This document shows, piece after piece, positions 8,404 to 17,238 of a stretch of 27,471 bases of DNA; position 1 is the stretch's first letter; each line of letters starts with the position of its first letter. Source of the DNA: Lentisphaeria bacterium (lineage in GTDB: Bacteria > Verrucomicrobiota > Lentisphaeria > JABSQK01 > JAWLHB01). The position numbers and the translations under genes were made by a program. The notes below the pieces were generated by a model, which worked only from the letters and a program-made list of their open reading frames with translations, ran no database searches and was not told where the DNA came from. The stretch covers positions 124,001-151,471 of the forward strand of contig JAWLHB010000017.1 of NCBI GenBank assembly GCA_041690595.1, written 5' to 3'.

Positions 8404-11367
8404 ATGATACAGATTGGGCAAAGCAGTCACGGGTTTCGTCTCACTCGAAAAGAGACCGTGGCGGAGATCGAGGCCGAGGCGTTTATCTTCGTCCACGAGG
8501 TTACTCGCGCGGAGCTGGTTCTGATGCAGTGCGAAGACGACAACAAGGTCTTCATGATCACCTTTCGCACGCCCGTGAACAACGATACCGGCGTGCCGCA
8601 CATCCTGGAGCATTCCGTGCTCAACGGCTCGCGCAAGTATCCCGTCAAGGAGCCCTTCGTCGAATTGATCAAGGGCAGCCTCAACACGTTCCTCAATGCG
8701 ATGACCTATCCGGACAAGACGGTCTATCCCGTTGCCAGCCGCAACGCTCAGGACTTCCGGAACCTGATGGATGTCTATCTCGATGCCGTGTTCCACCCGC
8801 TGCTGAGCCGCAATACTTTTCTCCAGGAAGGCTGGCACTATGCGTTTGACGACGAGACCGATGAGCTGGAGCGCAGCGGCGTCGTCTACAATGAGATGCT
8901 CGGCGCGTACAGTGATCCGGAGACGCTTCTGGCGGACGAACTGGACCGCAAGCTATTCCCGGGAAGCCCGTACGGGAACTCCTCGGGTGGCCACCCGGAG
9001 CATATCGCCGACCTGACCTACGAGCAATTCGTCGACTTCCACCGCGCCTGCTATCACCCCAGCAATAGCCGAATCTATCTGTATGGGGATCTGGATATCG
9101 AGGCGAGCCTGGCCCACGTCCAGGAGTATCTGGGCGACTATGACTACCGGCAGGTCGATACGACAATCCGCCCGCAGGTACGGTTGGCCAATCCGGTTTC
9201 CCACACCGCCGCCTACCCGATCACCGAAGACGAATCCACCGAGCGCAAGACCTATGCCTTGCGCGCTTATCTGCTGGGCCAGACCACCGATCCCGAGAAC
9301 TACCTGGCCATGCAGATCCTCTCGCACATCCTCTGCGGAACGCAGGCCTCGCCACTCCGCCAGGCGCTGATCGACTCCCATCTGGGCGAGGACTGCCTCA
9401 GCGACGGGCTCGAGTCGGACATCTTCGATGCGTATTTCTCTATCGGCCTGAAAGGGACTGATGCAGACAAGGTCGCGGCCATGGAAACAATCATCGACGA
9501 CACGTTGGCCAGTCTGGCCCGCGACGGCATCGATCCCCGCATGGTCGAAGCTGCCATCAACACGACGGAATTCGACCTGCGTGAGGCCAACTTCGGCGGC
9601 TATCCGCAGGGGCTGGTCTACGGGCTGCTGATGCAATCCTCGTGGCTGTACAATGCCGACCCGCTCATGCACCTGCGTTACGAGGCGCCGCTCGCCGCCA
9701 TCAAGCGGCAGGTGGCCGCGGGGGGCTATTTCGAGCGCATGATCGAGCGATACTTCCTGGGAAATCCACATCGGGTCACCATCAGCCTCATTCCTGACGC
9801 GCAGCATGAGACGCGGCGACTTCAGCAACTGCGGGAGGAACTGGACAGCCTTCGCCGCACCATGAGCGACAGCCTGCTTGCCGAGCTTCGGGCACAGGAA
9901 GCCGCGCTGGAAGCCGCGCAGCTCGAACCCGACTCCCCGGAGGCGCTCGCCACACTGCCGAAACTGCCCATCTCCTGCATCGAGCGGCAGGCCGAATCCT
10001 ATTCCTTCGAGTTGATCGAAGATGGAGAGGATCAGCTTTCGTACTCGGAACAGGCCACCAACGGCATCGCTTACGTGCGCCTTGCCTTCGACGCCAGCGG
10101 CGTGCCACAGGAGCTGCTGCCTGCCCTTCCCCTGTTCGCCCAGGCGCTCATCAAGACGGGTACGGAGAGTCGAAGCTACATCGACCTCACTCAGGAGATC
10201 GGTATTCACACCGGCGGCGTCAGTTGCAGCCACCGCTCCATGCCGACACTGGGTAACCCGGATCAGGTTATTTCGCAGATTCAGCTGAGCGGCAAAGTGC
10301 TCACCGCCAGGATCCCGAAGCTCGCGGATCTTTTTGCCGAGATTCTCAGCGGGGCTGCTCTCGACGATGGCGAGCGTGTTCGCGAGATCGCGCACATATC
10401 GCGCTCCCGGGCGCAGTCGGCGATTGTACCCAGCGGGCATGGCTATGTTTCACAGCGGCTCGCCGCCTACTCCACCCGCAATGGCATGTACGGAGAGCTC
10501 ACCCGCGGCCTCAGTCAGTTCGACTACCTCGATACGCTCGTGCGCCAGCTGGATGAAGACCCCGCGCCCATTCTGCGGGTGCTGAAGCAGTTGCGCGAGG
10601 CCGTTCTGTGCCGGTCGAAGCTTCATATCCACATCACCGGCGGCAGCGCGGAACTTGCGGCCCTCCAGGGATGCCTCTCCACCATCCGCGCGTCGGTCGC
10701 CCGTACGGCGCCGGCCGCGATAGAATACAGCTTCTCGCCTCTGGAGCCGGGAGAAGGCTTTATCGTGCCCAGCAAGATCCAGTACGTCGGAAAAGGCGCG
10801 AACATTTACCAGCTTGGCTTCGCGTACGACGGCCGCTTCGAGGTCCTCAAGAAGCTGCTCAGCCGCGACTATCTCTGGAACAAGGTGCGCGTGCAAGGCA
10901 ACGCTTATGGCTGCTTCGCCAGCTTTGACATTCTCTCCGGCTCCTTCAACATGGTCTCCTACCGGGACCCGCATCTGCGGCAGACACTGGATGCCTTCGA
11001 CGCCTTTGCGGAGTGGCTGGAGGCTACGCCCCTGGACCGTGACGGCTTCGAGAAGCTGATGATCGGCACTTTCGGCAGCATCGATGCGCCCAAGACGCCC
11101 GACCAGAAGGGGGCCGCCGCCTACTCCCGCTACGTGACCGGGGTGACGCAAGAGCAGGTGCAGGAATGGCGGGATCAGGTGCTGGCGACGGAGCCGGAAG
11201 ATCTGCCGCGCTTTGCGGATCTCTTCCGCCGCATCGCCAGGGAAGGGGCCATCTGCGTCATCGGCAGCGACGAAAAAGTCAGCGAACACGCCTCCGTGTT
11301 CAGCACCACACGCAAGATCTTCGCCGCATCCCGTTCTCCGGTTACCGATGACGACGACGAGGGCTGA
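8404..11367 (+). CDS. Insulinase-family zinc metallopeptidase, M16C (presequence protease PreP/Cym1-like)
   Basis: Inverted zincin motif in TGVPHILEHSVLNGSRKYP, plus FLNAMTYPDKT, FLQEGWH, GVVYNEM, and C-terminal LWNKVRVQGNAYG and SYRDP. 987 aa. Confidence 0.95.
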   Translation: MIQIGQSSHGFRLTRKETVAEIEAEAFIFVHEVTRAELVLMQCEDDNKVFMITFRTPVNNDTGVPHILEHSVLNGSRKYPVKEPFVELIKGSLNTFLNAMTYPDKTVYPVASRNAQDFRNLMDVYLDAVFHPLLSRNTFLQEGWHYAFDDETDELERSGVVYNEMLGAYSDPETLLADELDRKLFPGSPYGNSSGGHPEHIADLTYEQFVDFHRACYHPSNSRIYLYGDLDIEASLAHVQEYLGDYDYRQVDTTIRPQVRLANPVSHTAAYPITEDESTERKTYALRAYLLGQTTDPENYLAMQILSHILCGTQASPLRQALIDSHLGEDCLSDGLESDIFDAYFSIGLKGTDADKVAAMETIIDDTLASLARDGIDPRMVEAAINTTEFDLREANFGGYPQGLVYGLLMQSSWLYNADPLMHLRYEAPLAAIKRQVAAGGYFERMIERYFLGNPHRVTISLIPDAQHETRRLQQLREELDSLRRTMSDSLLAELRAQEAALEAAQLEPDSPEALATLPKLPISCIERQAESYSFELIEDGEDQLSYSEQATNGIAYVRLAFDASGVPQELLPALPLFAQALIKTGTESRSYIDLTQEIGIHTGGVSCSHRSMPTLGNPDQVISQIQLSGKVLTARIPKLADLFAEILSGAALDDGERVREIAHISRSRAQSAIVPSGHGYVSQRLAAYSTRNGMYGELTRGLSQFDYLDTLVRQLDEDPAPILRVLKQLREAVLCRSKLHIHITGGSAELAALQGCLSTIRASVARTAPAAIEYSFSPLEPGEGFIVPSKIQYVGKGANIYQLGFAYDGRFEVLKKLLSRDYLWNKVRVQGNAYGCFASFDILSGSFNMVSYRDPHLRQTLDAFDAFAEWLEATPLDRDGFEKLMIGTFGSIDAPKTPDQKGAAAYSRYVTGVTQEQVQEWRDQVLATEPEDLPRFADLFRRIAREGAICVIGSDEKVSEHASVFSTTRKIFAASRSPVTDDDDEG

Positions 11368-11400
11368 CAGCCTGGACCCGCGGACCAGCTGAAAGCGCGC

Positions 11401-11907
11401 TCAGTCTGCTGCTTCCTTCTTGCGAACAATAGCCGGATCCGCCTGCATTCGTCCCTTGCCGACCGCTGCCCCCAGAACGATACCCGCGCTGATGATCACG
11501 ATATTCTTGATGATGTACTGGCCCTCCAGGTTCGGCGCGTAGGGGATATGCATGAAGACCTCATGAGGGAAGAGGAAGATCGGCATGATGGCGCCGACCA
11601 TCTGCAGCCATAACAGCATCAGAGTGATACGCATGTACTTGCCCACGATCAGACCAACCCCGATCAGGCTCTCCCAGGTCGCGAGTATGACGATGGCCAC
11701 ACCACCCGGAATAAGCCCAAAGGTCACGACGTCCATGGTTCGAATCGCCAGATCCTGTGCCGGGCTCAGCCCTGGAAAGAACTTGAGGAATCCGAACCAC
11801 AAGTAGACGATTCCCACGCTGATGCGCAGCAGGGCGAGCCCATAGCGCGCCATCCAGGTTATCGCGCGCGCATCGGCCGTCTCGATTTGATCCCGCAGTT
11901 CACTCAT
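11401..11907 (-). CDS. DoxX/DUF417-like membrane protein
   Basis: About four hydrophobic segments with motifs LRISVGIVYLWFGFLKFF.G.SPA and EGQYIIKN. GGAG precedes ATG 11907; an alternative start is at 11919. Confidence 0.85.
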   Translation of the reverse strand: MSELRDQIETADARAITWMARYGLALLRISVGIVYLWFGFLKFFPGLSPAQDLAIRTMDVVTFGLIPGGVAIVILATWESLIGVGLIVGKYMRITLMLLWLQMVGAIMPIFLFPHEVFMHIPYAPNLEGQYIIKNIVIISAGIVLGAAVGKGRMQADPAIVRKKEAAD

Positions 11908-12167
11908 GGCAAACTCCATTGATCGCGTGAAAATGGTTGTCAGACATTGCTAACCTACCGCGGCGGCGGATGGAAACGCAAGCCCGTGGAGAGATGACGT
12001 CGCGCGCGATTCGCGGAATTGACAAGCTGGCGGCGGTCGTTTTTTCGTTGCCTTCCACAAAATACAGAATCGTTCCAGAACTTTTTCCACACCAAGTCAG
12101 GAATCGGTTTTCGGTAGAAGAAATAGGCTGACGCTGCCTGCTGGAGCGATTTGGAAGGCCATGTGCG

Positions 12168-12196
12168 TTTACCCTTCGGATAGGTCTGGCTATACT
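12168..12196 (+). promoter_or_regulatory. Possible sigma-70 promoter for the MBOAT-SGNH pair
   Basis: TTTACC - 17 nt - TATACT. Confidence 0.4.
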
Positions 12197-12270
12197 AAAA
12201 CCATGACCATCATCTGCCGACAGACGGTTTTCGTCGGCAATGCACAAGACCCACTCACTCCACCCGCCCC

Positions 12271-13713
12271 ATGCTCTTCAACTCCATCGAATTCGCCTTA
12301 TTCCTGCCAGTCGTCTTCTTCCTCTACTGGTTTCTGGTAAACAGAAACCTGCGGATCCAGAACCTCTTTCTGGTCGCTGTCAGCTATTTCTTCTACGGTT
12401 GGTGGGATGTCCGCTTTCTGGCGCTGATCGCCTTCAGTTCGGTGGTCGATTATCTCGTTGGCATCGGACTGGGGCGGACAGAAGCGGTGAGAACGCGAAA
12501 ACTACTGCTTCTGACCAGCATCGTGGTGAACATCGGTTTCCTTGCCCTCTTCAAGTACTTCAACTTCTTCGCAGTCAGTTTCTCGGATGCGTTCCGGCTA
12601 TTCGGCCGTCCTTTAGCGGACCCGGTGCTGCTGAATATCGTGTTGCCGATTGGGATCAGCTTCTATACCTTCCAGACCCTCAGCTATGCGATCGACATCT
12701 ACCAGAAGCGGCTTGAGCCGACACGGGACGCGATTGCGTTCTTTGCGTACGTGAGCTTCTTTCCGCAGTTGGTGGCGGGCCCGATCGAACGCGCCACGCA
12801 TCTCCTTCCCCAGTTCCTCAAGAAGCGTACGTTCAGCGAGGCAGCGGCGGGTGACGGCTTGCGGCAGATACTCTGGGGCCTCTTCAAGAAGGTGGTCATC
12901 GCCGACAACTGCGCTCCGCTCGTCAACGAGATCTTCCAGAATCACCAGTCCTATGGGGGCTCTACGCTTCTGCTGGGGGCGTTTCTCTTTGCCGTGCAGA
13001 TCTACTGCGACTTCTCGGGATATTCGGATATTGCCATCGGCACCGCACGACTTTTCGGTTTCAGCCTCATGCGCAACTTCGCCTTTCCATATTTTTCGCG
13101 GGACATCGCGGAATTCTGGCGCCGCTGGCATATCTCGCTCTCCACCTGGTTCAGGGACTATGTCTATATTCCGATGGGAGGCAGTCGCTGCAGCACGTGG
13201 AAGCAGGTGCGCAACATCTTCATTGTCTTCGTGGTCAGCGGCTTCTGGCATGGGGCGAATTGGACTTTTCTTGCCTGGGGAGCACTCAACGCGATCTTCT
13301 TTCTTCCGTTGATGCTGCTCAACCGGAACCGGATTCACACGGACACCGTGGCGGAGTCTCGCCTCTTCCCCAGCCCCAGGGAGTTGCTGCAGATGGGCGT
13401 CACCTTCAGCTTGACACTGCTGGCATGGGTCTTCTTTCGCGCCGAGTCGCTGCCCCATGCTTTTTCCTACCTGGCGGGGATCTTCTCCACCTCTCTCTTC
13501 AGCCCTCTGCAGGTCCGTCCCTCGATACTCGTTGTCGGTCTCTGTTCCGTACTCATTGTGGTGGAGTGGCTCCAGCGCGAGAAGGAGCATGCCTTGCAGT
13601 TCCACCATCTTCCCGTCTTGCGGCCGTTGAGATGGGGCTATTATTACGGTTTGCTGTTCGCCATTCTGCGCTGGGGCGGCGAGCAGCAGGAATTCATCTA
13701 CTTCCAGTTCTGA
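12271..13713 (+). CDS. MBOAT-family membrane-bound O-acyltransferase (AlgI/PatA/DltB-like)
   Basis: Motifs MLFNS.EF, LPIGISFYTFQ, FFPQLVAGPIER, DFSGYSDIAIG, FWRRWHISLSTWFRDY, catalytic His in SGFWHGANWTF, and C-terminal FIYFQF. Confidence 0.96.
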   Translation: MLFNSIEFALFLPVVFFLYWFLVNRNLRIQNLFLVAVSYFFYGWWDVRFLALIAFSSVVDYLVGIGLGRTEAVRTRKLLLLTSIVVNIGFLALFKYFNFFAVSFSDAFRLFGRPLADPVLLNIVLPIGISFYTFQTLSYAIDIYQKRLEPTRDAIAFFAYVSFFPQLVAGPIERATHLLPQFLKKRTFSEAAAGDGLRQILWGLFKKVVIADNCAPLVNEIFQNHQSYGGSTLLLGAFLFAVQIYCDFSGYSDIAIGTARLFGFSLMRNFAFPYFSRDIAEFWRRWHISLSTWFRDYVYIPMGGSRCSTWKQVRNIFIVFVVSGFWHGANWTFLAWGALNAIFFLPLMLLNRNRIHTDTVAESRLFPSPRELLQMGVTFSLTLLAWVFFRAESLPHAFSYLAGIFSTSLFSPLQVRPSILVVGLCSVLIVVEWLQREKEHALQFHHLPVLRPLRWGYYYGLLFAILRWGGEQQEFIYFQF

Positions 13714-13723
13714 GGTCATCTTC

Positions 13724-14668
13724 ATGCGACGATTCCTGATCAAGTGCGCCGTATTCATGATACTGGGCCTTTTCTACATGCTGGCCAACTACAGCATCAA
13801 CCGCTACTTTATCCAAACCGTGCCCCTGATCGAAAATCATGGGCGCGTGCTCATTGTTGGGGATTCACACACCAAACGGGCACTGGATCCCGAGATCCTC
13901 GGATCCGCGGACAATGTCTCCCAGTTGGCGGAACCCTATTACGTGACCTATTACAAGTTGCGGCATCTTCTGGATCGTGCGGAGAATGTCGATACCGTCA
14001 TGGTGCTCTTCTCCTATCACAGCATTTCATCAGCTCACGATCACAAGCTGAGGGACGAGCCCTGGCGGTCTCAATTCTTCAACCAGTACTACATGCTCTC
14101 GGAGCTGCCCACTGTTACCGGCGTTCCCGTCGGCTATGACGGCTATCTCAAGATCCTCATTCGCCGCATGTGCCTGTACCCATCGCTCCGCCATGACGAT
14201 CTGCTCGGCAAATACAGCAACGCCGACGAGATGCACCTGGGTAATCATGAGATCGTGGCCGCCCGGCATTTTCTTGCGGACGGCAAGCAGCGGGAAAGCT
14301 CAAAGGTGGCAGTCTATTACCTGCGGAAGATCATCAGCCTGTGCCGGGAGCGGGATGTTCGCCCCATTCTCGTGACAACGCCCATGCACAAGGATTATCT
14401 GAAGCTCGTGCCGCCATCCTTCGTCGCGAAGTTCGAGGCCCTGAAGGAAGAGTTTTCGGCGGCGGGTGTGGAACTGTGGGATGACGGTCATGCGGAGTAC
14501 GCCGACAGGGAGTTTTATGATGCCGACCACCTCAATTCCAGCGGTGCATTGCGTTTCAGCCGGATCACGGCGGAGCGCTTGCGGGAGATCATTCCCGAGA
14601 GTGAAAGCCGAGCCGACAAGCGGGCACAGTTGGCGCCTGCCGCCGCCCTGGCACCCAGACAGCCTTGA
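13724..14668 (+). CDS. Membrane-anchored SGNH-hydrolase-like protein, probable extracytoplasmic acyltransferase partner of the MBOAT
   Basis: N-terminal hydrophobic anchor, block I motif VGDSH and block V motif FYDADHLN (DxxH). Starts 10 bp after the MBOAT gene. Confidence 0.82.
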   Translation: MRRFLIKCAVFMILGLFYMLANYSINRYFIQTVPLIENHGRVLIVGDSHTKRALDPEILGSADNVSQLAEPYYVTYYKLRHLLDRAENVDTVMVLFSYHSISSAHDHKLRDEPWRSQFFNQYYMLSELPTVTGVPVGYDGYLKILIRRMCLYPSLRHDDLLGKYSNADEMHLGNHEIVAARHFLADGKQRESSKVAVYYLRKIISLCRERDVRPILVTTPMHKDYLKLVPPSFVAKFEALKEEFSAAGVELWDDGHAEYADREFYDADHLNSSGALRFSRITAERLREIIPESESRADKRAQLAPAAALAPRQP

Positions 14669-14693
14669 AATGCCGGCGCCGGTATCGTAAGGT
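14665..14693 (+). promoter_or_regulatory. Possible sigma-70 promoter for the sigma-54 activator gene
   Basis: TTGAAA - 17 nt - TAAGGT; the spacer contains a near-palindrome, TGCCGGCGCCGGTA. Confidence 0.3.
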
Positions 14694-14727
14694 GTCATGG
14701 TGCTGAGTCCTTCAACCGGAGTGAGTC

Positions 14728-16080
14728 ATGGCGTCAGACGATCCAACTCGTATCATCCTCGAAAGCATCTCCGACGGAGTCTTTACCGTTGACGAGGAGT
14801 GGCGGATTACCAGCTTCAACCGCGCCGCGGAAGAGATCACCGGCGTCTCCCGCGAGGAAGCCATCGGTCGTCCTTGCGCGGAGGTCTTCCGGGCAAGCAT
14901 GTGTGAAGGAGAGTGTGCGCTGCGTCAGACGATTGAGAGCGGACAGCCGATCATCAACCATCCCGCGTTCATTGTCGATGCGGATGGCCAGCGGATTCCC
15001 ATCAGCGTTTCCACGGCCCTGCTTCGGATGGACAACGGCAAGGTGATCGGGGGAGCGGAAACCTTCCGGGATCTGAGTGTCGTCGAGACCCTGCGACAGG
15101 CGGCTACGGGCAGGTACCATCTGGGCGATCTGGTCAGCCACAGCGCTGCCATGCAGAGACTGTTTGCCATTGTACCGCAAGTCGCCATGAGTGACTGCAC
15201 CGTCCTGATACTTGGTGAGACCGGGACCGGCAAGGAGCTTCTGGCGCGGGCCATCCATGCGCACAGCCTGCGCCGGGACAAGCCCTTTGTCGCCGTAAAC
15301 TGCGGCGCATTGCCGGAGAACCTTCTTGAGTCCGAGCTTTTCGGCTACAAGGCGGGAGCTTTCACAGGGGCGGACGGGGACAAACCCGGGCGCTTTGCCA
15401 TGGCAGAAGGCGGCACCCTTTTTCTGGACGAGATCGGCGAAATCAGCCCGGCTTTCCAGATTCGCCTGCTGCGCGTCCTTCAGGAGAAGTGCTACGAGCC
15501 AGTCGGTGCCACCGGCAGCGAGCACACGAATGTACGGATTCTTGCCGCCACCCATCGGGATCTGGGTGCGATGGTCAGGAGCGGCACCTTTCGCGAAGAT
15601 CTCTTCTACCGGATCGACGTGTTGCGACTCGATCTGCCGCCGTTGCGCCAGCGGAAGGAGGACGTTCCGCCCCTTGTCGAGCACATTATCGCGCGCTTCA
15701 ACCGCATTCAGGGCAAGCAACTCGAAGGCATCACCGCCGACGCCATGGGTGTCCTGATGGCGCATGACTTCCCGGGGAATGTCCGCGAACTGGAAAACAT
15801 CCTCGAACATGCCTTTGTCCTCTGCGACTCAGGGCGTATCGATATGCGGCACCTGCCAAGAACACTGAACGGTAGCAGTCCATCCAGCATACACGCCGCG
15901 GGAATAGCCGAAACCGTCATGGCCGTGGAAGCTCAAACCATCGAGGCTTCTCTACGCAGGAACCATGGTAATCGCCTGGCGACGGCGCATGAATTGGGCA
16001 TGCACAAGAGTACCCTTTTCCGCAAGATCAAGAGGCTATCCATTCGCCTCCCCGAGCGGGATGGTCGAAGCCATTCCTGA
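14728..16080 (+). CDS. PAS-domain sigma-54-dependent enhancer-binding protein, OrpR-like (putative Fe-S redox sensor)
   Basis: PAS domain (ILESISDGVFTVD...FNRAAEEITG) with C-X8-C-X3-C (CAEVFRASMCEGEC). Walker A GETGTGKE, GAFTGA loop, Walker B LFLDEI, FPGNVRELEN, and a Fis-type HTH at the C-terminus. Confidence 0.93.
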   Translation: MASDDPTRIILESISDGVFTVDEEWRITSFNRAAEEITGVSREEAIGRPCAEVFRASMCEGECALRQTIESGQPIINHPAFIVDADGQRIPISVSTALLRMDNGKVIGGAETFRDLSVVETLRQAATGRYHLGDLVSHSAAMQRLFAIVPQVAMSDCTVLILGETGTGKELLARAIHAHSLRRDKPFVAVNCGALPENLLESELFGYKAGAFTGADGDKPGRFAMAEGGTLFLDEIGEISPAFQIRLLRVLQEKCYEPVGATGSEHTNVRILAATHRDLGAMVRSGTFREDLFYRIDVLRLDLPPLRQRKEDVPPLVEHIIARFNRIQGKQLEGITADAMGVLMAHDFPGNVRELENILEHAFVLCDSGRIDMRHLPRTLNGSSPSSIHAAGIAETVMAVEAQTIEASLRRNHGNRLATAHELGMHKSTLFRKIKRLSIRLPERDGRSHS

Positions 16081-16087
16081 CTCTATT

Positions 16088-16136
16088 GTCGCAACCATGC
16101 GACGGTAAGGTGCTCGCACAGTCGCACTCATGCGAC
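16088..16136. promoter_or_regulatory. Tandem palindromic upstream activator sequences (2 x GTCGCA-N4-TGCGAC)
   Basis: GTCGCAaccaTGCGAC at 16088-16103 and GTCGCActcaTGCGAC at 16121-16136, offset by 33 bp and about 100-150 bp upstream of a -24/-12 element. Confidence 0.8.
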
Positions 16137-16235
16137 CCTACCATCCATCTCGCGCATTCACCTTTGCGCCGGATGCTGAGCCTGAGGATGCTCACCAGAG
16201 CGATTTTGCGGAGTTTCCCCGTGTCCCGGCCGAGT

Positions 16236-16252
16236 TTGGCTTTGTTCCTGCT
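16236..16252 (+). promoter_or_regulatory. sigma-54 (-24/-12) promoter
   Basis: TTGGCtttgttccTGCT: GG (16238-16239) - 10 nt - GC (16250-16251), about 30 bp before ATG 16282. Confidence 0.72.
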
Positions 16253-16281
16253 TGATCTTCAGCATGCCTACAGGAGAAGCC

Positions 16282-16764
16282 ATGAGAATCGCCATCAGCA
16301 GTTGGAGAGAGAGGGTGTCGCCTCTTTTCGATGTCGCTGCCCTGGCGCTCATCATCGATGCTGCCGCTGACTCTCGCCTCCAGGCACGGCACGACTTGAG
16401 ATTGCCGGAGGATCCCCTTGCGAAGATCGATTGTCTGGTGGGTGCCAGGGTCGATGAGTTGATTTGCGGAGCCATTTCCCGCCCTCTTCAGGAGCGGCTT
16501 GCAGGGTGCGGGATTGGCCTGACAGCTTTCATCTCTGGTGATATCGAGGATGTGCTGTCGGCGTTCAGAAGCGGCACTATCGGCGACTCCGCCTTTGCCA
16601 TGCCGGGCTGCCGCGGCGGGTGTCGGAGGCGCTTTCGCGCGGGAAGTCCCGGATCGGGATCGGGCTGTCCACGCCGCGACAATCTGGTTGAGCTTCGTTC
16701 ACTAGCAGTCTTACCGGAAACAGTTTGCGCCGACGTGGTCGAGCGCATGAAGGAGCGGATATGA
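16282..16764 (+). CDS. NifB/NifX-family (dinitrogenase FeMo-cofactor biosynthesis domain) protein with Cys/Gly/Arg-rich tail
   Basis: AGGAG RBS. Motifs MRIAI...RVSPLFDVA and VDELICGAISR, with tail FAMPGCRGGCRRRFR. Confidence 0.85.
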   Translation: MRIAISSWRERVSPLFDVAALALIIDAAADSRLQARHDLRLPEDPLAKIDCLVGARVDELICGAISRPLQERLAGCGIGLTAFISGDIEDVLSAFRSGTIGDSAFAMPGCRGGCRRRFRAGSPGSGSGCPRRDNLVELRSLAVLPETVCADVVERMKERI

Positions 16765-17120
16765 AGATCGCCTTGACAACTCAGGGAGAGAACCTTGACA
16801 GCTCTCTCGACCCCCGTTTCGGTCGCGCCGCCAGCTTCATCATCTATGACAATGCGGATCGTTCCTGGTGCGTCATCGAGAATAACAGGAGCCTGAATCT
16901 GACTCAGGGCGCCGGCATTCAGGCCGCGCAGACCATCGTCGGAGAAGGGGTGGAAGCCTTGATAACCGGTCACTGTGGGCCGAAAGCCTTTCGCGCCCTG
17001 CAGGCGGCAGGAATTGACGTGTGGGTTGGCGCGAAGGGGACGGTGGCGCAAGCGCTGGCCGACTTTGCCGAAGGTCGGCTTCGGCAGGCCCTCACGGCTG
17101 ATGTGGAGGGGCACTGGTGA
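16761..17120 (+). CDS. NifB/NifX-family protein, close to the orange protein (ORP)/MTH1175 type
   Basis: AAGGAG RBS and ATGA overlap with the upstream stop. Motifs MKIA.T, DPRFGRA, GAGIQAAQ and ITGHCGPKAFRALQAAGI. Confidence 0.9.
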   Translation: MKIALTTQGENLDSSLDPRFGRAASFIIYDNADRSWCVIENNRSLNLTQGAGIQAAQTIVGEGVEALITGHCGPKAFRALQAAGIDVWVGAKGTVAQALADFAEGRLRQALTADVEGHW

Positions 17121-17238
17121 AGGGCCTGCAATTTCACGGAACAATCTTGGAGCATGTACCAAGCAGCTCCCCCGCGGCAACAGCCATTCGGCCGCTGTGC
17201 GGGCGACTATCTCAACCAACAACGAGGGGGAACCCAGT

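Noticed and set aside
11368..11400. Weak hairpin between the convergent peptidase and DoxX-like genes as a terminator
   Set aside because: The stem is short and interrupted and there is no convincing U-tract on either strand.
16088..16136. Two near-identical 16-bp repeats as a possible mini-CRISPR or terminator
   Set aside because: There are only two short units with a 17-bp spacer, no cas genes and no U-tract. The position fits enhancer sites for the adjacent activator.
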